Assembly (NCBI GenBank): GCA_020137815.1
Contig: CM035352.1
Location: 2,666,001-2,730,000, forward strand
Direction: 5' to 3'
Origin: Hormiphora californensis
Lineage: Eukaryota; Animalia; Ctenophora
Length of the DNA stretch: 64,000 nt
Part shown: one piece after another, positions 42,059 to 56,300 of the stretch
How positions within the stretch are numbered: position 1 is the first letter of the stretch
How the letters are laid out: the number at the start of each line of letters is the position of its first letter
The notes under the pieces: generated by a model
Seen by the model: only the letters and a program-made list of their open reading frames with translations
What the model was told of the DNA's origin: nothing
Databases searched by the model: none
Position numbers and translations under genes: made by a program

Positions 42059-44293
42059 ATGTACCTGTATATTTTCCTGGTACTTCCATTGACAATCGAC
42101 GGCATCTTTTTCAAAATATCGACCGGCGAGGAACCGTCAGTTGCCCCAGGTGCGTTAAATGACAAGCTTTTAATGTTTTTGATAATGTTTAATAATAATG
42201 AGGTATTCTGGTATTGGTAAATTGGTTCAGCCACTAATAATGGGCTCCTCCGGCCTTTCTTATCCCAAAGCATTATCCATGGTACACTCCACAAAATCGA
42301 GCTAATTTACTTTTTTCTTTTTTTGTACCTATGCCCTATGTTTCCTTCAGATGTTGATATCTGGACTGAAAACAATAAAGAAAACTCACTTGTTCGCCCA
42401 GGTACGTTGTTTTCCATGTTCATTGCGCATTACGTTAATCAGTCACTATTTATAAACAGTTTTCTTTGCATTCTCAGTCAGAACGCACCAGAGAAAATCA
42501 GTCAACACTAGAGCAATATTCTTTAAAGGATCGACGGTCGGTAAGTAGAAATCTCTCTGGTACCTATACCATTTATTTTGTTGCATGATTTTCAATTTTC
42601 TTTATTTTCAGAGCAATATGAAACAACTCGCCCAAGTTTACCAATTCAACCTGAATCTGAACGCCGGGGAATATTTTTCAGGACTGACTTCTCAAAATTA
42701 CTAACAGGTATCTCTCCTCCTTCTGATCAACCTAATTGTTTATTTGCTAGAAACTACTTACAATAGTTCACTTTTTAGAGCGAAATGATCCTGAGAGAGT
42801 AGAACCAACAACTAAATCTAACAAAACCGAACGAAGTGGAATATTTTTCAAATCACAAATTTCCTCGATACCGAAAAGTAGGTTTCTTGCAGTATACTTA
42901 TTTATCAGTGGTTCATGATTCTTGAGGCTGCTCCACAATACATATATTGGTGCAGCTAAGCCTCCTTTAACTGTAACAACAACTCCATTATCAGATAGAG
43001 TTGAAAGAGCCTATTTTGCCAAGAGTAACTCAGCTCCATTCCTGGAGGGGAAGGTATACTACCTATTTGAGGAGGGGGTGAGGCAGAAGACGGAAAGGAT
43101 GGTTGTGAATGCTATGAGGAAGATATCGCAGAATGTTCCCTTGTATAAAGTTCCTAAAAGTTACCCCTGCCAATACAAACAGTATACCACACCGCCTCAT
43201 CATCAGTGACAAACTACCTGGGTTAGTTAACAATTCTCGACCAACCCCTTTTCAGAATCGATTAATTTGTTCTTTGCTAAGTTGTCTCTGAATACTGACA
43301 AATGACAAATGTTAATATCCCAGGTGCAAGGTTACAAAAGTTGGTTACCGAGGAGAGTGGCACACTTCATCCCTGTTGAACGTAGAGTTTGATCGGTGTC
43401 TCACGGAGGGAGTTATTGAGCATGAGCTAATGCATATTCTGGGTGCGGTTCATACACATACTCGCCCTGATAGGGATAACTTTGTGGAACTGGATACAAC
43501 TAATATAAAAGTAATATAATAGTATGCATTAGTTTTATCAAATGTATTTCATTGCCATCTCGATTCTGGATAAGTAGTTGATATAATGCTCTTCCTTTTT
43601 TGGGGAAGTACACTAGTATTTATATTCATATTCCCCCGATTTTTCGTCACTATCGCCCCTTCCCTTGATAGACTGGCTACCAGAGACAATTTGCCATGGT
43701 ACGATCTAGCCTGGACAAAACCGATTACAAGTATGACTATAACAGTGCAATGCATTATGGTCCCTGGGTATTTCGCAATCGTAAGTTTAGAAAGAATTTT
43801 GTAGTACAGAAATACCATGCACTGAGTTAAACGTTTTTAGAAATTCTTTCCTATGTACCTGATTTTAATACGACTCCTTTGGTTCAGGATAAATCTAAAT
43901 CAGTGCTCTCCTGTAAAGCCTCCAAATAATGGCGAATTCTCATCTTCCCAGACTATCTCTGAGAGAGATATTCGTTCCCTGAGAGACTGGTACGGGTGTG
44001 GAAAACGTAAGTTAGCTCTTATCAACTGGTCTAGACGCTGGTCTTATCGTAACTTCATCTCTAGGTTGTCCATTTGATCAAGAAACTTGCGAGCAAAGTG
44101 ATCGTCTGAAGTCCTGGCATAACTCTACCGATATCTCTGATTTTAATAGCCGAGATAAGCTCGAGGAATCAGATACCATCATCACTAAACTTGTATCGAT
44201 AGTAAACGGAGATACCGAGACTGCAGCTGACACGGTGCAAAGACTCACACGACGATCCATATCGGGTAGGTGGAGGATTAAATCTATCGGTTA
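42059..44293 (+). CDS. Secreted astacin-family (M12A) zinc metalloprotease; multi-exon, 3' end approximate
   Basis: Signal peptide MYLYIFLVLPLTIDG; HELMHILGAVHTHTRPDRD at ~43421; Met-turn YDYNSAMHY; SERDIRSLRDWYGC. A 1-bp indel near 43139 restores PCIKF. Confidence 0.85.
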
Positions 44294-44579
44294 GATATAG
44301 ATATTATAGATGGCAGATGTCATAGATGACAGGGAAATGCACCCCTCAGGTATCATGGTTCTTGATAGGTTCTTGATATAATTTTTCATCTGGCCCATAA
44401 CAGATATAACTAAGCACAGATGTCAATGGAAATGAAACACTATAAACCACACAATCAGCAAGCAGCACACAAATGAAATAAGTTACTATTGAATAAATTA
44501 AATTGTTTTAACGAATAAGTTAATTAAAATGAGTCACTTTCTCTAATCACTCCTTTGTAGAGTCTGTTTTTCACCATCA

Positions 44580-46155
44580 TCAATAATGTGATCTCTGAAG
44601 TCGTCTCTGTTCCTCCATCTCTCTAGCTCGCTGTTCCTCTGCTTGTCGCTCTATCTCGGCATATTTCTTCCTGTTTTTAACTTCCTGACGGTGTGTGATT
44701 TATATTAGGAAAGGTAGTTAAATTAAGTCGTGACCCGCCTACGGGATTCTCTAGTTATCTAGTTTCCCTGCTTATAGAATTTCCTCGTTCCTGATTTCTC
44801 TTCTCAAATTCTCCGAATTTATGATAAAAATAGCACATCGCCCAACAGTTAAGTTGAGAAGATTGCAAAACGTGAATTTCTAAGTGACGCAGTCGGACCC
44901 CGATTTACCGGAACCCCGATTTACCGGGAGGATAAATTCCCCCCGATATACCAAATTATCGGTATTTGACCCCGATTCACCGGGCACCCCGATTTACCGG
45001 GCAAAACACTTTCCCCGGAGTATCCCGGTACATCTGGATCCTAGTGTCCTACTGTAGTAACAATTTTCAAACAAACCGTATACAAGATGAGAGCTCCCTT
45101 GCTATTGTTTGGTAGGCGATGTTGGAACATCTGGAGTGTGAGGAGCGATAGCCCCTTTCCGTTGAAACCGAACATCAGTGGGTCAATGTCATGGATCTCG
45201 TAGGTTCGGGAACACCAACGCAACCAAAGCATCACTTCAGAAACACTCCAGGTCTTGGGATCTGGGGAATTTAGATGCTGAAAACTTGACATTAAATGCT
45301 TCTCTTGAAGAACAAAATTATTTGCATTATGTTCTAACGTAACGCATTCGCACGGGCAGGGAAAAATGAAAGAAATTTGGGAAAAATGTAAAATATACTG
45401 CATAACGTTTACCGATTTGTAGAATTGGTGGGGTGTTGGGTGCGTTATGAAAGATTCTGGCAGCCTCAAGATTCGGACGTTCAAGGGGGGTAAACGGGAT
45501 CGTTCCGGCAAGCAACACTAAAACATAATATTATTTAGTGAAAAATAGTATATGTTTTGGTATGAGCTAGATTGCATAACTGGACAAGTGTGCGGTGTGC
45601 GTCACTCGTCAGTTTAGTAGTATTCTATGATTAAGCCTAGGGTACTACTATTCCCAGAACTTAAAAGGGCAACCAATCATTGACGTGTTAGTGTGTTACT
45701 AAACAATCATCGACGTGATTAGGATGATATAGGACTTACTATCGGAGACGGTCATGGGCTGATTATCATTAACGGAAGTGCTAGTACCGGGTTGGTTCCA
45801 AGCTCCGGGGGGTTCCTGATTGTGAGGTGCTGCGGTTCTCCTGGAGTCTGTTCGTACTGTAATGAGAGACTTGTGTCAAAACACAAAGCACCACAACAAA
45901 ATCAATGCAGTTACATATAAGAGAAAAATATTCACTAGTAAATAATCAATGCACTTTAGAGATAAATAATCGCTAGGTAGTTAGGTCTTGGATGAGACTG
46001 AAAGTTTTTACAATTCAAAGCGTCACTAACAAAAGCACAAATTCAAAGTCAATTAAGATTAAGATTAAAAGTGTCACAAATTGAATGTGACTGCAGCCTA
46101 CCTGTGCATAAGTGTAATCGTAGTTGTAGTGGGAGTTGTAGTAATTGTAAGCCAT
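44580..46155 (-). CDS. SAM/Pointed (PNT) domain protein without a detectable ETS domain
   Basis: PDPKTWSVSEVMLWLRWC...FNGKGLSLLTLQMFQHRLP...GALILY matches the PNT consensus and splices in phase to a short charged last exon (44684-44580) with a stop. Upstream exons are tentative. Confidence 0.65.
44891..45050. mobile_element. Degenerate copy of the CAGTCGGACCCCGATTT MITE family
   Basis: Same terminus as 59405-59576; other fragments at ~46990-47172, 55080-55168, 30936-30952 and 33650-33672. Confidence 0.7.
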
Positions 46156-48076
46156 TTTCCCGACTGTTGAACCGTATTGTAGCAAGGCCAAAAGCAACCT
46201 GACAAAGCAGAGTGTTACCGAAAAGAGGATATATCATGACAGCCCCCATGATCCACTATGGTTTAATTAACGATAAAAGACAGTTTAGCAACACTTACAT
46301 GCCTCCCACAAAACTCCCAACAAAAGACAACGCATCAAGCATACTGCACCTACTCTATAAAGAACTAAGTAGTTGAACAAGATGTGGGCAGCAGCAGAAC
46401 ACAAACTAATACACCTGATATTTGATTATTTGATGATGTGAATACCTTACCGTGGATAAACCGGTGGAGAGGACGGGGCGAATTGTGCACACAAGATAGG
46501 ACCAAAATGTAAACTGAACTCCGCCCTCGCGATTTAAAGGGTGATGAATCAATGTATTATGCCTTTATTTGGTTTTGATTTGCCGCTATCACCTCCCCGA
46601 ATTGCATGCCCATATATGGTGTTGGGGTGGTTTGTAAATATATAGAAGCCCCCCATCCCCTCTCTCTCTTGCTCAAAGCTCCACCCCTGCAGAGAGAGGT
46701 AGTTACACAATCAAATGTAACGTCACAGTAATTAGAGCAAGCTGTCACACATGCGATTATATATGGTGAAAATTTACCATTATTCCATAATAGATCACGA
46801 AAGGCTACACAAAACCTGCTAACGTCAGAATCATCGGATATTTTTAGTTCGGATCACTTAAGATGACATTCCTTAATTTGTTCATAAGTTTCATGATTGA
46901 TTCCTCATTCCTTCCCGAAATAGATATCTCTCTAATAGGTTCTGTATGCTCATGTCACTTGAGAAATGTATCTTGTCTGCTACTTTTCATAAAACCTCGA
47001 TTTACCGGGCCACACCAGAAACTCGATTTACCGGAACATCAATTTACGGGAGGATAAACTTCCCCCGATATAGGAAATTATTGGTATTTGACCCCGATAT
47101 ATAATACCGGGCACCCCGTCATACTGGGTAAAACCCTTTCCCCGAGTATCCTGGTAAATAGGGGTCCGACTGTACTTCACCTCTACCATGAATGATGCAT
47201 CGCATATAATATTTTTCGCACCCCGGTTTAATAAAATGCTATTGTCGTGCGATAACATGAGCTCTTTCCCCGATAACATGAACCTTTTCCCCGATAACAT
47301 GAGCCCTTTCTCTGTAACTTTTACCGTGGGGTGCATCTATATTGGTTTCTCTTTCTTCGTGACCTGGCGACCTATATTTTTCTATTTTTAATGTGTGGCG
47401 AAAAAGGAAATGAGTGCGAGTAGAAAATTACTATTACATGCGTTTGGAATAATTGTTATAAGCCTTAGAGCTCTTTTGAAGAGTGTGCAATCAAACATTC
47501 TGTTTTTCTCGCTGGTTATCCCTAACATCGTTTTAGTTGCTTGATGTTAATGAGTACATGATGATAGCAAGTCTTCAATTTTGAACTTGTTTATTGTTTT
47601 AACGATCGGCCATAATTATAGTTCGACCAATAACTCCCCGTGCATCCCATGCAAGGGAAACCGCTTCCGAAAGAAGGACGTATGAAGAAGAAAAAAACGA
47701 TTGATTTATCCTGATTCATGATTATGTGATTAAATATTTATGCTGTTTTCTGTCAGCTGGTTGAAAGTAGTTGTAACTCGCTTTCTATGCAAAAGGTCTC
47801 TGATTTTAATCTCAGATCAGATCCAAGCCGGCTAGTCAAGCTATGTTTGGTACAGATTTTGATGTTTCGCTTCATTATTCGTAAAACTAGCCCCTTTTTT
47901 ATAATGTAGATTGATGAAACTAGCCACTAGGGAGATAAGCTCCTGAAGAGACCTACCCTTAGATTGGGCACGTCACGCTATCCCCTGTATGTAACACGCT
48001 GCCAAACCCTTAGATTAAACCTGTTCGAACGGATGACTTTAGATTTTTATCCGGGAAGCAAGGATTACACATGACT

Positions 48077-48525
48077 TCTGCCTTGAGAAATGATCTGGCT
48101 TGAGAAATGACTTGCCTTGAGAAATGACTTGCCTTGAGAAATGATCTGCCTTGAGAAATGATCGGCCTTGAGAAATGATCTGCATTGAAAAATAATCTGC
48201 CTTGAGAAATGATCTGCCTTGAGAAATGATCTGCCTTGAGAAATGATCTGCCTTGAGAAATGATATGCCTTGAGAAATGATATGCCTTGAGAAATGATCT
48301 GCCTTGAGAAATGATCTGCCTTGAGAAATTATCTGCCTTGAGAAATGATCTGCCTTGAGAAATGATCTACCTTCAGAAATGATCTGCCTTGAGAAATGAT
48401 CTGACTTGAGAAACTATCTGCCTTGAGAATCTATCTGCCTTAAAAAACTATATGCCTTGAGAAATGATCTGCCTTGAGAAATGATCTGCCTTGCGAGATG
48501 ATCTGTCTTGAGAAATGATCTGCCT
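48077..48525 (+). repeat. 17-bp minisatellite
   Basis: About 26 copies of ctgccttgagaaatgat. Confidence 0.95.
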
Positions 48526-49204
48526 TACAAAGTGACAAGTAGAAGTTTTCCTTAGTCTAATGGACAGGACTGGGGTGCTTGGCAATGTCATCAACTTGCA
48601 GTTTCAATTTGCTATCAAACAAACAAGAGTAGTATATTGAGGCATGGGCCATGTATTTTAATTCTATGTCCGTACTAAGTTAGTTATTTAATTAACTTTT
48701 TTTTGCCGATATTTACTGTGGCGTTTTTGGAGTTGTCTCCAATGCTAATACAAGGTGTGTGAGTGTGTCCCCCTGCTGACCACGAAAATAGCGTAATCAA
48801 GGCAGGATAAAAATACGGGTTCAAAAACATGACTAAAAAAGGACACGAAACGAAGCATAGAGCAAAGTGAAGCATTTAGCAAACCACGCAAAGCGAAGGG
48901 GTAGTGGGTTATAAAGGAGAGAAGGAGCTGTTTGACGTCACAAGCTGCTTCTTTAAACAGCACCTGTGGTTGGTTACTGGCTAAAATAGCTTGCATCAAG
49001 AGCCGAGGAAGTCACAGAATATATATTTTAGAAAACGATATTTCAATTCACCCCTTTCCTCTCTCTCTCCCCCGATTAGATGAGGATATAGCTGAGAACA
49101 ATCAAACTGAAGTTGAAGCATCTCAAAATTGAACTCTATCATGGTTAGTACTGCATTCGCTCTGCAGACAAATGAGAAGCAGAATGTTGTCGCTATAATT
49201 TCTT

Positions 49205-49311
<107 letters not shown>

Positions 49312-51514
49312 TCCCTCTATTTCTTATGTTGTCGAGGAAGTAGGGAAATTGCAAAAGGCACATCTTTGAGGTCATGATTTGATGATTTCCTTTGTACCCA
49401 AACACTTCCTCAGGTCACAAAACACGCTGGGATGAGGTTGAATGTGATCACTCATTGGACATCATCCCTTCAGCTATGACAGTCAACAATACAAATCACA
49501 TTGCCCCGGTGTTTCTAGAGGCTGCTCTAGGTCGGTTTCAACATAATAAACTACATCATAGCCCTCTCTCTAGCTTGTCTCAAGACTGAAATCTGAACAG
49601 AATATTTAGGGGAGACTTGGCCATAACGGTATACCATCCTTTTTCCCCATATATCTCCATTTCTACTGGCTCTTCCCCCTTCATTTTTATTTGGTTGTAT
49701 TTTTCATTGTTAGATTTACCATTTCCCTGAAATATATCTTCCTACCTACACCCAAAGATGAGCAACGGTACTATCCCATTTGGTATAAAATTTATGCAGT
49801 GGCTAAAATTTTTGGCGAAACGGGACATACCTTTTTGGGTCAAACGGGATATCCCATTTAACCGAAGTTGCGTGTCCCATTTTGCCAAAACCACTTTAGT
49901 TTGGGAAGAACTTTAATTATATGCCAAGCACGGGGTTATTAATTGGAAGTAAGTATAGAAATATTGTTTAAACATAAACTATTTGTGTTATGCACAAATG
50001 ATGTTTTGTTTCCCGGCCGAAAATGGATGTATTATTGATGTCTATGCTTCAAAACTTGGTTTTTTGATGAATTTTGTGCTATCAAACATTTTTCGGCTGA
50101 CGCAATGTAACTTGCCATGGTTTCCTAGGTGGTTGCTATGGTAACAAAACGATCCCAAGCAGTTGTTATGGTAATCAATAAAGATACTTAGATCTTAGGT
50201 CAAACGGGATAGCAAACTTTGGTAAAATAGGATATCCCATTTTAGCAAATTTGGCCCAAATTTGGTAAAATGGGATATCCCATTTTGGACAAGGTGTAAA
50301 TGTCCCATATAACCCAAACTGAACAACTTAACTATATCAACTATTTAACAAACACTGTAATTTGAGAAAGGTTAAAAATATTTAAGGGTGCAAGAAAATT
50401 ATACTGGCTAATATTTCCGCCCAAAAACTGGTAACAATCTACCAAGAGAGCTGTGTAATCGAGCTTAACACAAGGTCAAATTTTCGACTTAGATAATTCT
50501 GTGGGAAACCACTTACACACGACACCATATATTTGTCAGAAAATGATAATAATCAATGGAAAATGATCCTTGAACAAAGAGGATCGTATTGTAGTGTTCA
50601 GTTTGTGTCTGAACCTTATTATCTTACGTACAGCCCAAGATCCCATTTGGGCACACGGCCCATATTGGCCAAGTCTCCCCTACCCTACTACGGCCCATTG
50701 CATAACAATAAAAATTATGCGTGTGTGTGTGTGCATAACGAAATATTGCGTGTCTCTCTCCTTCCCCAAGTCCCTCTCCTTCCCTTTCACTGATCTCTTT
50801 ACGTGTACATTATGTGTGTGCCTTTACTCCAGTGCGTTATGTGTGTAGGTAACATGATCTCTCTTTATATAATTATGCGTCCTTGCTCACACGGTCTCTC
50901 CCTCTCTCTCTCTTCTCCACCAAACGGTCATCTTTATGTATGAATGTATCGCCTCTGCAGTTTGCTACACCACCCCGTTGCTCGCTTTCCCCGGTTCACC
51001 ATCTGTTTTGAATTATTCTAACTTACATTGGATGAACTATTGCTTCAAGTATTGTCAATTCAGTTGTACAATGTACACTGTACTGTCTAATTATATTTTG
51101 TCTTTAGCTCGGCTCAATGTGATCTATTGAATAAGTTTTAAAGTGTTTAAATCTGTATCAGAGTAATAAAGTTTTCTATATTTCAGTGGTAACTTTTGAG
51201 GATATATACTATATATTTGTGTCTTGGGGCGTTATTTGTGACTTTAAATATTATGAATTTTAATAATTACCTACACAAAATATGCCATTCGTTCCTTTTA
51301 AGTCAAGATGTGATCTACAGTATACATGTGTAGTAATGCTGCACGGACGAATAACCCCTCTTTTTGTATAGTTGAACGTGTATTTGCATTCTTCTACTCT
51401 GCATTCGATTTCATATTTTAATTCCCCTCTATCGCATCAGTTCTGTTTCAGCCACTCCTAAGTTGACCTCTAAATCCCAAATATCCCCCCCCCTTGTTGG
51501 TGCAGCAGTTTCTG

Positions 51515-52715
51515 ATGGGCTGCTATGGGTGTACAAAGTGCACGCTAGTATCAACTACATCCCTCTCCCTTGCCCTTGGAGTGTTCTCATTCATTGCTGG
51601 GGTTGTGCTAATCTTCAAGGGAAATGATTGGTTTCCAGAACTAGATGAATACACGTGAGTCCTGATTTTTTACCTCTACCGGATGATCGCGTCGTTTCAG
51701 CTTAGGCACGTATTCTAAAAAGATCATACACATCTAATTTTAACAAACTTCCCTCCCCACAGGAAGGATCACTATCCTATTTGCACCTGGATCATAGTTC
51801 TGGGATTTGTGTTCTTCGTTCTAGGGGCACTAGGCGTGATCGCAGTGATAAAGAGGAACATCTGCCTTCTACACACTTATTTCTTTACAATACTTATTGT
51901 AGTCATACTTGAAATATCCGCCCTAATTTATGGTAAGAAGGAGAAATTAATCAGTTATGTAGACCTTTTAGTTTGAAAATCAATCAAACATTTTCGGTAT
52001 TTTACGTAGTGAAAAAGTTGGTTTTGAACAGCAGTGACTTTCAGTTGTTGTTAGAAGAGAGGCGTTAGCAGGTAAACTAGAGGTTACCTATCAAGACTGG
52101 TTTAGGAACCTGAACTATGGAAATAACACAAACATGGAATTACTCGGAGTTAGTCTTATTCAACTGACATTCAGATGCTGTGGGTAGGTTGTTGTTTTGT
52201 TCATAATACCCTATTTTTAGACAGGATCCAGCAAGGCAAGTTGTGGGAACTAATCACCTGGAGTTCATTGACGCAACAATTTAGTAAAATCTAACTGTAT
52301 CACTAACAACACCTTGTGTTACAGGCTGGGTGAGAACGGTATATTCTACTGGACACAATGGGATGCGAAGAACAAAGTTCCAGCAAGCTGCTGCGGCAAC
52401 AGGGCCAACCCACACTCAACATCATTCTTTTGCAACCGATACGATCAGGAGCTCAAGGACAATTCATGTGATCCCTATATCTATGAAACTCTATCTGTCC
52501 ATCTTATCTGGGGCATTGTTGGTGTGTGTGGCTTTTTTATCTTCCTAAATCTGTGCCAACTGTTGTGTACTAGAGGGGTGAGAAGGCATTTGGAGCGGTA
52601 TGATGAGTTCTATAGTGATGATGAAAGTGCAGAGGGTGATTTTACCAGATATTCCGCGTTAGAAACGGCTAGCTCGGGCAAAGCTCCCAGTACAGTTAAC
52701 AGCACATGGCTTTGA
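51515..52715 (+). CDS. Tetraspanin (4 exons)
   Basis: MGCYGCTKC start, three N-terminal TM segments, QLTFRCCG (CCG motif), VPASCC, then TM4 and a cytoplasmic tail. Confidence 0.85.
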
Positions 52716-53341
52716 AACAGCAGGTCTGTCAGGCCAATGCTCTGACCACAGTTCTCACTCATGAGAGAAATGAGAATAGGGTCGGGTCAATGCTCTGACA
52801 GCAGCAAGTACATGAAGGCCAGAATATTAATTTCAGAAACAGATAAACAAGTTGACGAAGCATACCTGTCTTACTGCAATAGGTACTCTGGATGCAAGAT
52901 TTGAAAAGTAAAACAAGTATAGATCTCTCAGAATTTCAAGTGAAAACAATTTATATAAATATATTTATATACCCTTCATATATATTATATATTATATGGG
53001 GATTATTTGTGGGAGTTCTTGGTGGGATTAAAAACATAATTGTAGAAGGCTGCTATTTATAGTGGTTGAAATTTAAAAATAGACGGCATGTGACATGGTC
53101 GGTAAATCCAAAGATTGTTTTATGTTTTATTCATGTTTTATTTACCCCTTTTTGAGAAAAAAAACCTCCTCTTTCATTTTGTTTCTCATCTTGATATGGT
53201 GTGATGGACGTGTGTACGTGGGAAAATCAGTTAGTTTGGACCGGAAACATCAGAACTAATACGAGAAAGGAAGTCACTTCTACTGTTTCTGAGCGGATAT
53301 AGGTTGCGTTGGGAGCGAAAAAAGTTTGTATACTTTTCAAA

Positions 53342-56300
53342 ATGTTGCTTCTATATTTCTCCATAATCGCTCTCTCAACCTGGTAAGGTATTATGTATAT
53401 CATATTTGACCCAGCCTTGATAATTCATATTCAGACATTCCTAGCTGGTTTGTAATCACTCATTATACTGTCCAGGGTATAAGTGTAGAGGATCATTATT
53501 CTTTCTACTTACGAGGTTTAGGCGAGGGTGCCCGGTTTTTGGGACGGGACTCTTTTCTTGTTGATGTTGGGAGAACGGTCGGGGAGCTCAGCAGGGACAA
53601 GGATTTAGGGATTCCTCTTACCAGACCACAGCGGGATGAAGGTCAGCCTGCAGGTTCGATAATGCGAGACAATCACCCGTAGTCATAGGGATGGATCTAT
53701 TATGATAATCCCATAGGGATGGATCTATTATTATGATAGTCTACTGTCTGTCGGCGCCTCAACTTCTGACATGTGACCGTAATAGTGCATGAAGATTGCA
53801 GGTCGGCACCGCCATCTCGTTATAAACATGGTGGAGTCTTTACCCCCCTCACTTGGAGTCGTTACCCTCTAATTATCAGGGGATGAAGTGGTGTTTATTG
53901 AGGACTTCAGGAATATGACAGTTAGACCGGGGAGCCGTCTCTCTTGGCCGTGCGAGGTGAACCAGGCAGAGAGAGTGGATATATTACCAAGAAAACAAAG
54001 TACGTAGCGGCTATAGATTGTATTGGTGATATCCCAATCCTCTTTGGTTGTCCTAGTTTTGATTCGGAATCCACTGTCGATTGACCCCCCTCGGCCCTCC
54101 CCCCTAGATGCCGTGTCAGCTGACTCTGTGGTACGGGAGGGTGCCACTAAAGCTACATTAGTCCTAGAGGATGTGTCATCCAAACACCAGGGCTGGTATT
54201 TCTGTGGAGTCGTCTCTCCTGGTGGACGCCACATGCACAGAGAGGGGTATCTTGCAGTAAAAGGTACTGGTTTATTTTATTATTTTATTAAAGAGCTCCC
54301 ATTAAGGAAGTACGTGTTTACAGACACTGTCTGAGACTGATGAGTATGTGGGAATTGATAAGACACGTTTAATACAAATATAATATCTTACTGCAATTTC
54401 TAGAGTGTCTACGATTGTTGAACGCTTAATCATGTCCTCTTCCCTTCATGTTGGGATACTGGTTTAATATTCGACCAATGATCTTCCCCCTTTCACCAGT
54501 ATAATAACTCTCCTGTTTAGATGTGTGTGGGGATGACCATGACTGTGCTGATTACCAAGTATGTACCCACACTGACCCCCGCTCCGATACCTATACCTGT
54601 TCCTGTGACATTCCCTGTGACGATAACACCTCCACCGGTCCTGTCTGTGGAAGTGACTGTGAGACACATGCCTCAGTCTGTGAGATGAAGAGAGCGGGAT
54701 GTCGAAAGGGTATTGCATTCCTAGAGGTGGTTCACAAGGGACCCTGCTCAGAGACAGGTTATACATTTTAAAGTGGTCTTTTCTTACCAGACGTAGCAAC
54801 TACTAATGCTATTTTCATTTCCCTCCCGAGCACCATATAACCATTCAAATTTTGCTATCGATTTCTGTTGACTATGGTTTCCTAGAATGGTTTTAATTTT
54901 AAATTGTGCAAGTGTGCGGTAACGGCTTAACTCGCTTCATTTACGTAGGAGCACCTCAAGAATTTTGCGTAGGAGTAGTCGAGCGACAGATAACCGAGAA
55001 AGGAAGTTGGAGCTGAGAGAAAGTATTAGAGCAATTTTGAGACTTGACACTTGCAATTTTAGAAACATTTATCATTTAAGATCGGACCTCGATTTACCGG
55101 CCCCCGATTTATTGTACCTCGATATACCGCGCAAGACCCTTTCCCCTAGTATTTCGAGGTCCGAGTCTAACACCGTGTTACTATCCTCAGTTCAGCCCCC
55201 GGTTTTTACCCTGACTCAAGAGGATCTGATTATTGAGGAGGGAGAGGGAGTGGATTTGAGGGTTCTTGCTGAAGCATCTCCTGATCCCACATACAGGTAA
55301 CTCCTGACCTTTCAGAACATTGGCCTGCGGTACCATTATATCGTTGTCTATCTTGTTAATTGGCCTGACCCTATTCTCATTTCTTTCAAAGCTCGCGAGA
55401 ACCGCGATTAGAGCATTGGCCTGACAATTCCTTTTGGAGAATGGAGATATCGGGACAAAAAGTTATTTCTGAAACGCTCTAATATGCAGTAGTATACTAT
55501 GTATGGATAAAAAAACCTTAATAAAAGCTTAGCTGTATGTGTGTTTCGCAACCTACAGATCTACTGACACTAAATACCAACTGATAATCAAGAACTCAGT
55601 ATATGACACTAAATACCGATAAACAGTTTCGTGACGCACGCCCACGTCTCACTTCCCCTCTGTCTCTCAGATGGTTGTTGTCAGGGCACAAGGTTGCAAG
55701 TTCAACAATCAACCCCACGTCTCATTTCACCCTCTCTGTCAGGTGGTTCTTGTCAGGGCACGAGATTACAAGCTCCCCAGAATTTACTGGCAGGATGAGC
55801 GGTCTACTTGAGGGACTATGGGAGGTAGAGGCCAGGAATTGTCATACTAACATTGTAAACACTTCTTTTACATTGACCATGTGTAAGTTGACAACGTAAT
55901 AGTTATATCAGACTCAAACATGAACAATTGATTAAATTGCGATTCAAATTAACTGTATTTTAGTACCGAGGGAGTTTGTGGAGCCGGCAGGTGAGGTGGC
56001 CAGTGTCAGTGGTATGTCCCGAGTTACGTCATTCTCTGGTTCTGAGTCCCTGTACACAGCGAAGGGTACCTTCCTTTTGGTAGAGACCCCCACCACTCTT
56101 GTATATGGGACATTTGAACCGTGTTCAACCGATAACCTGGTAGGATTCATACATGTGAAATCCATTGAGAACTTGTTGAGTAAGGATTGTGAACCCCTTG
56201 AGAATGAATGATAATTATTTTCCTGATATTTCCAAAATATTTCCATATTATTCAGGAAGTGTCCTGCATGACCAGTGGAACTATCCACAGGGGAGGAGAT

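Noticed and set aside
43135-43145. Frameshift in the astacin CDS (also near 43890 and 45270) as programmed recoding or pseudogenisation
   Set aside because: Single-base indels, some in short homopolymers, in an assembly with other evident errors; sequencing artefact is more likely.
48077-48525. Regular short repeats resembling a CRISPR array
   Set aside because: Head-to-tail 17-mers with no unique spacers, no cas genes, eukaryotic context.
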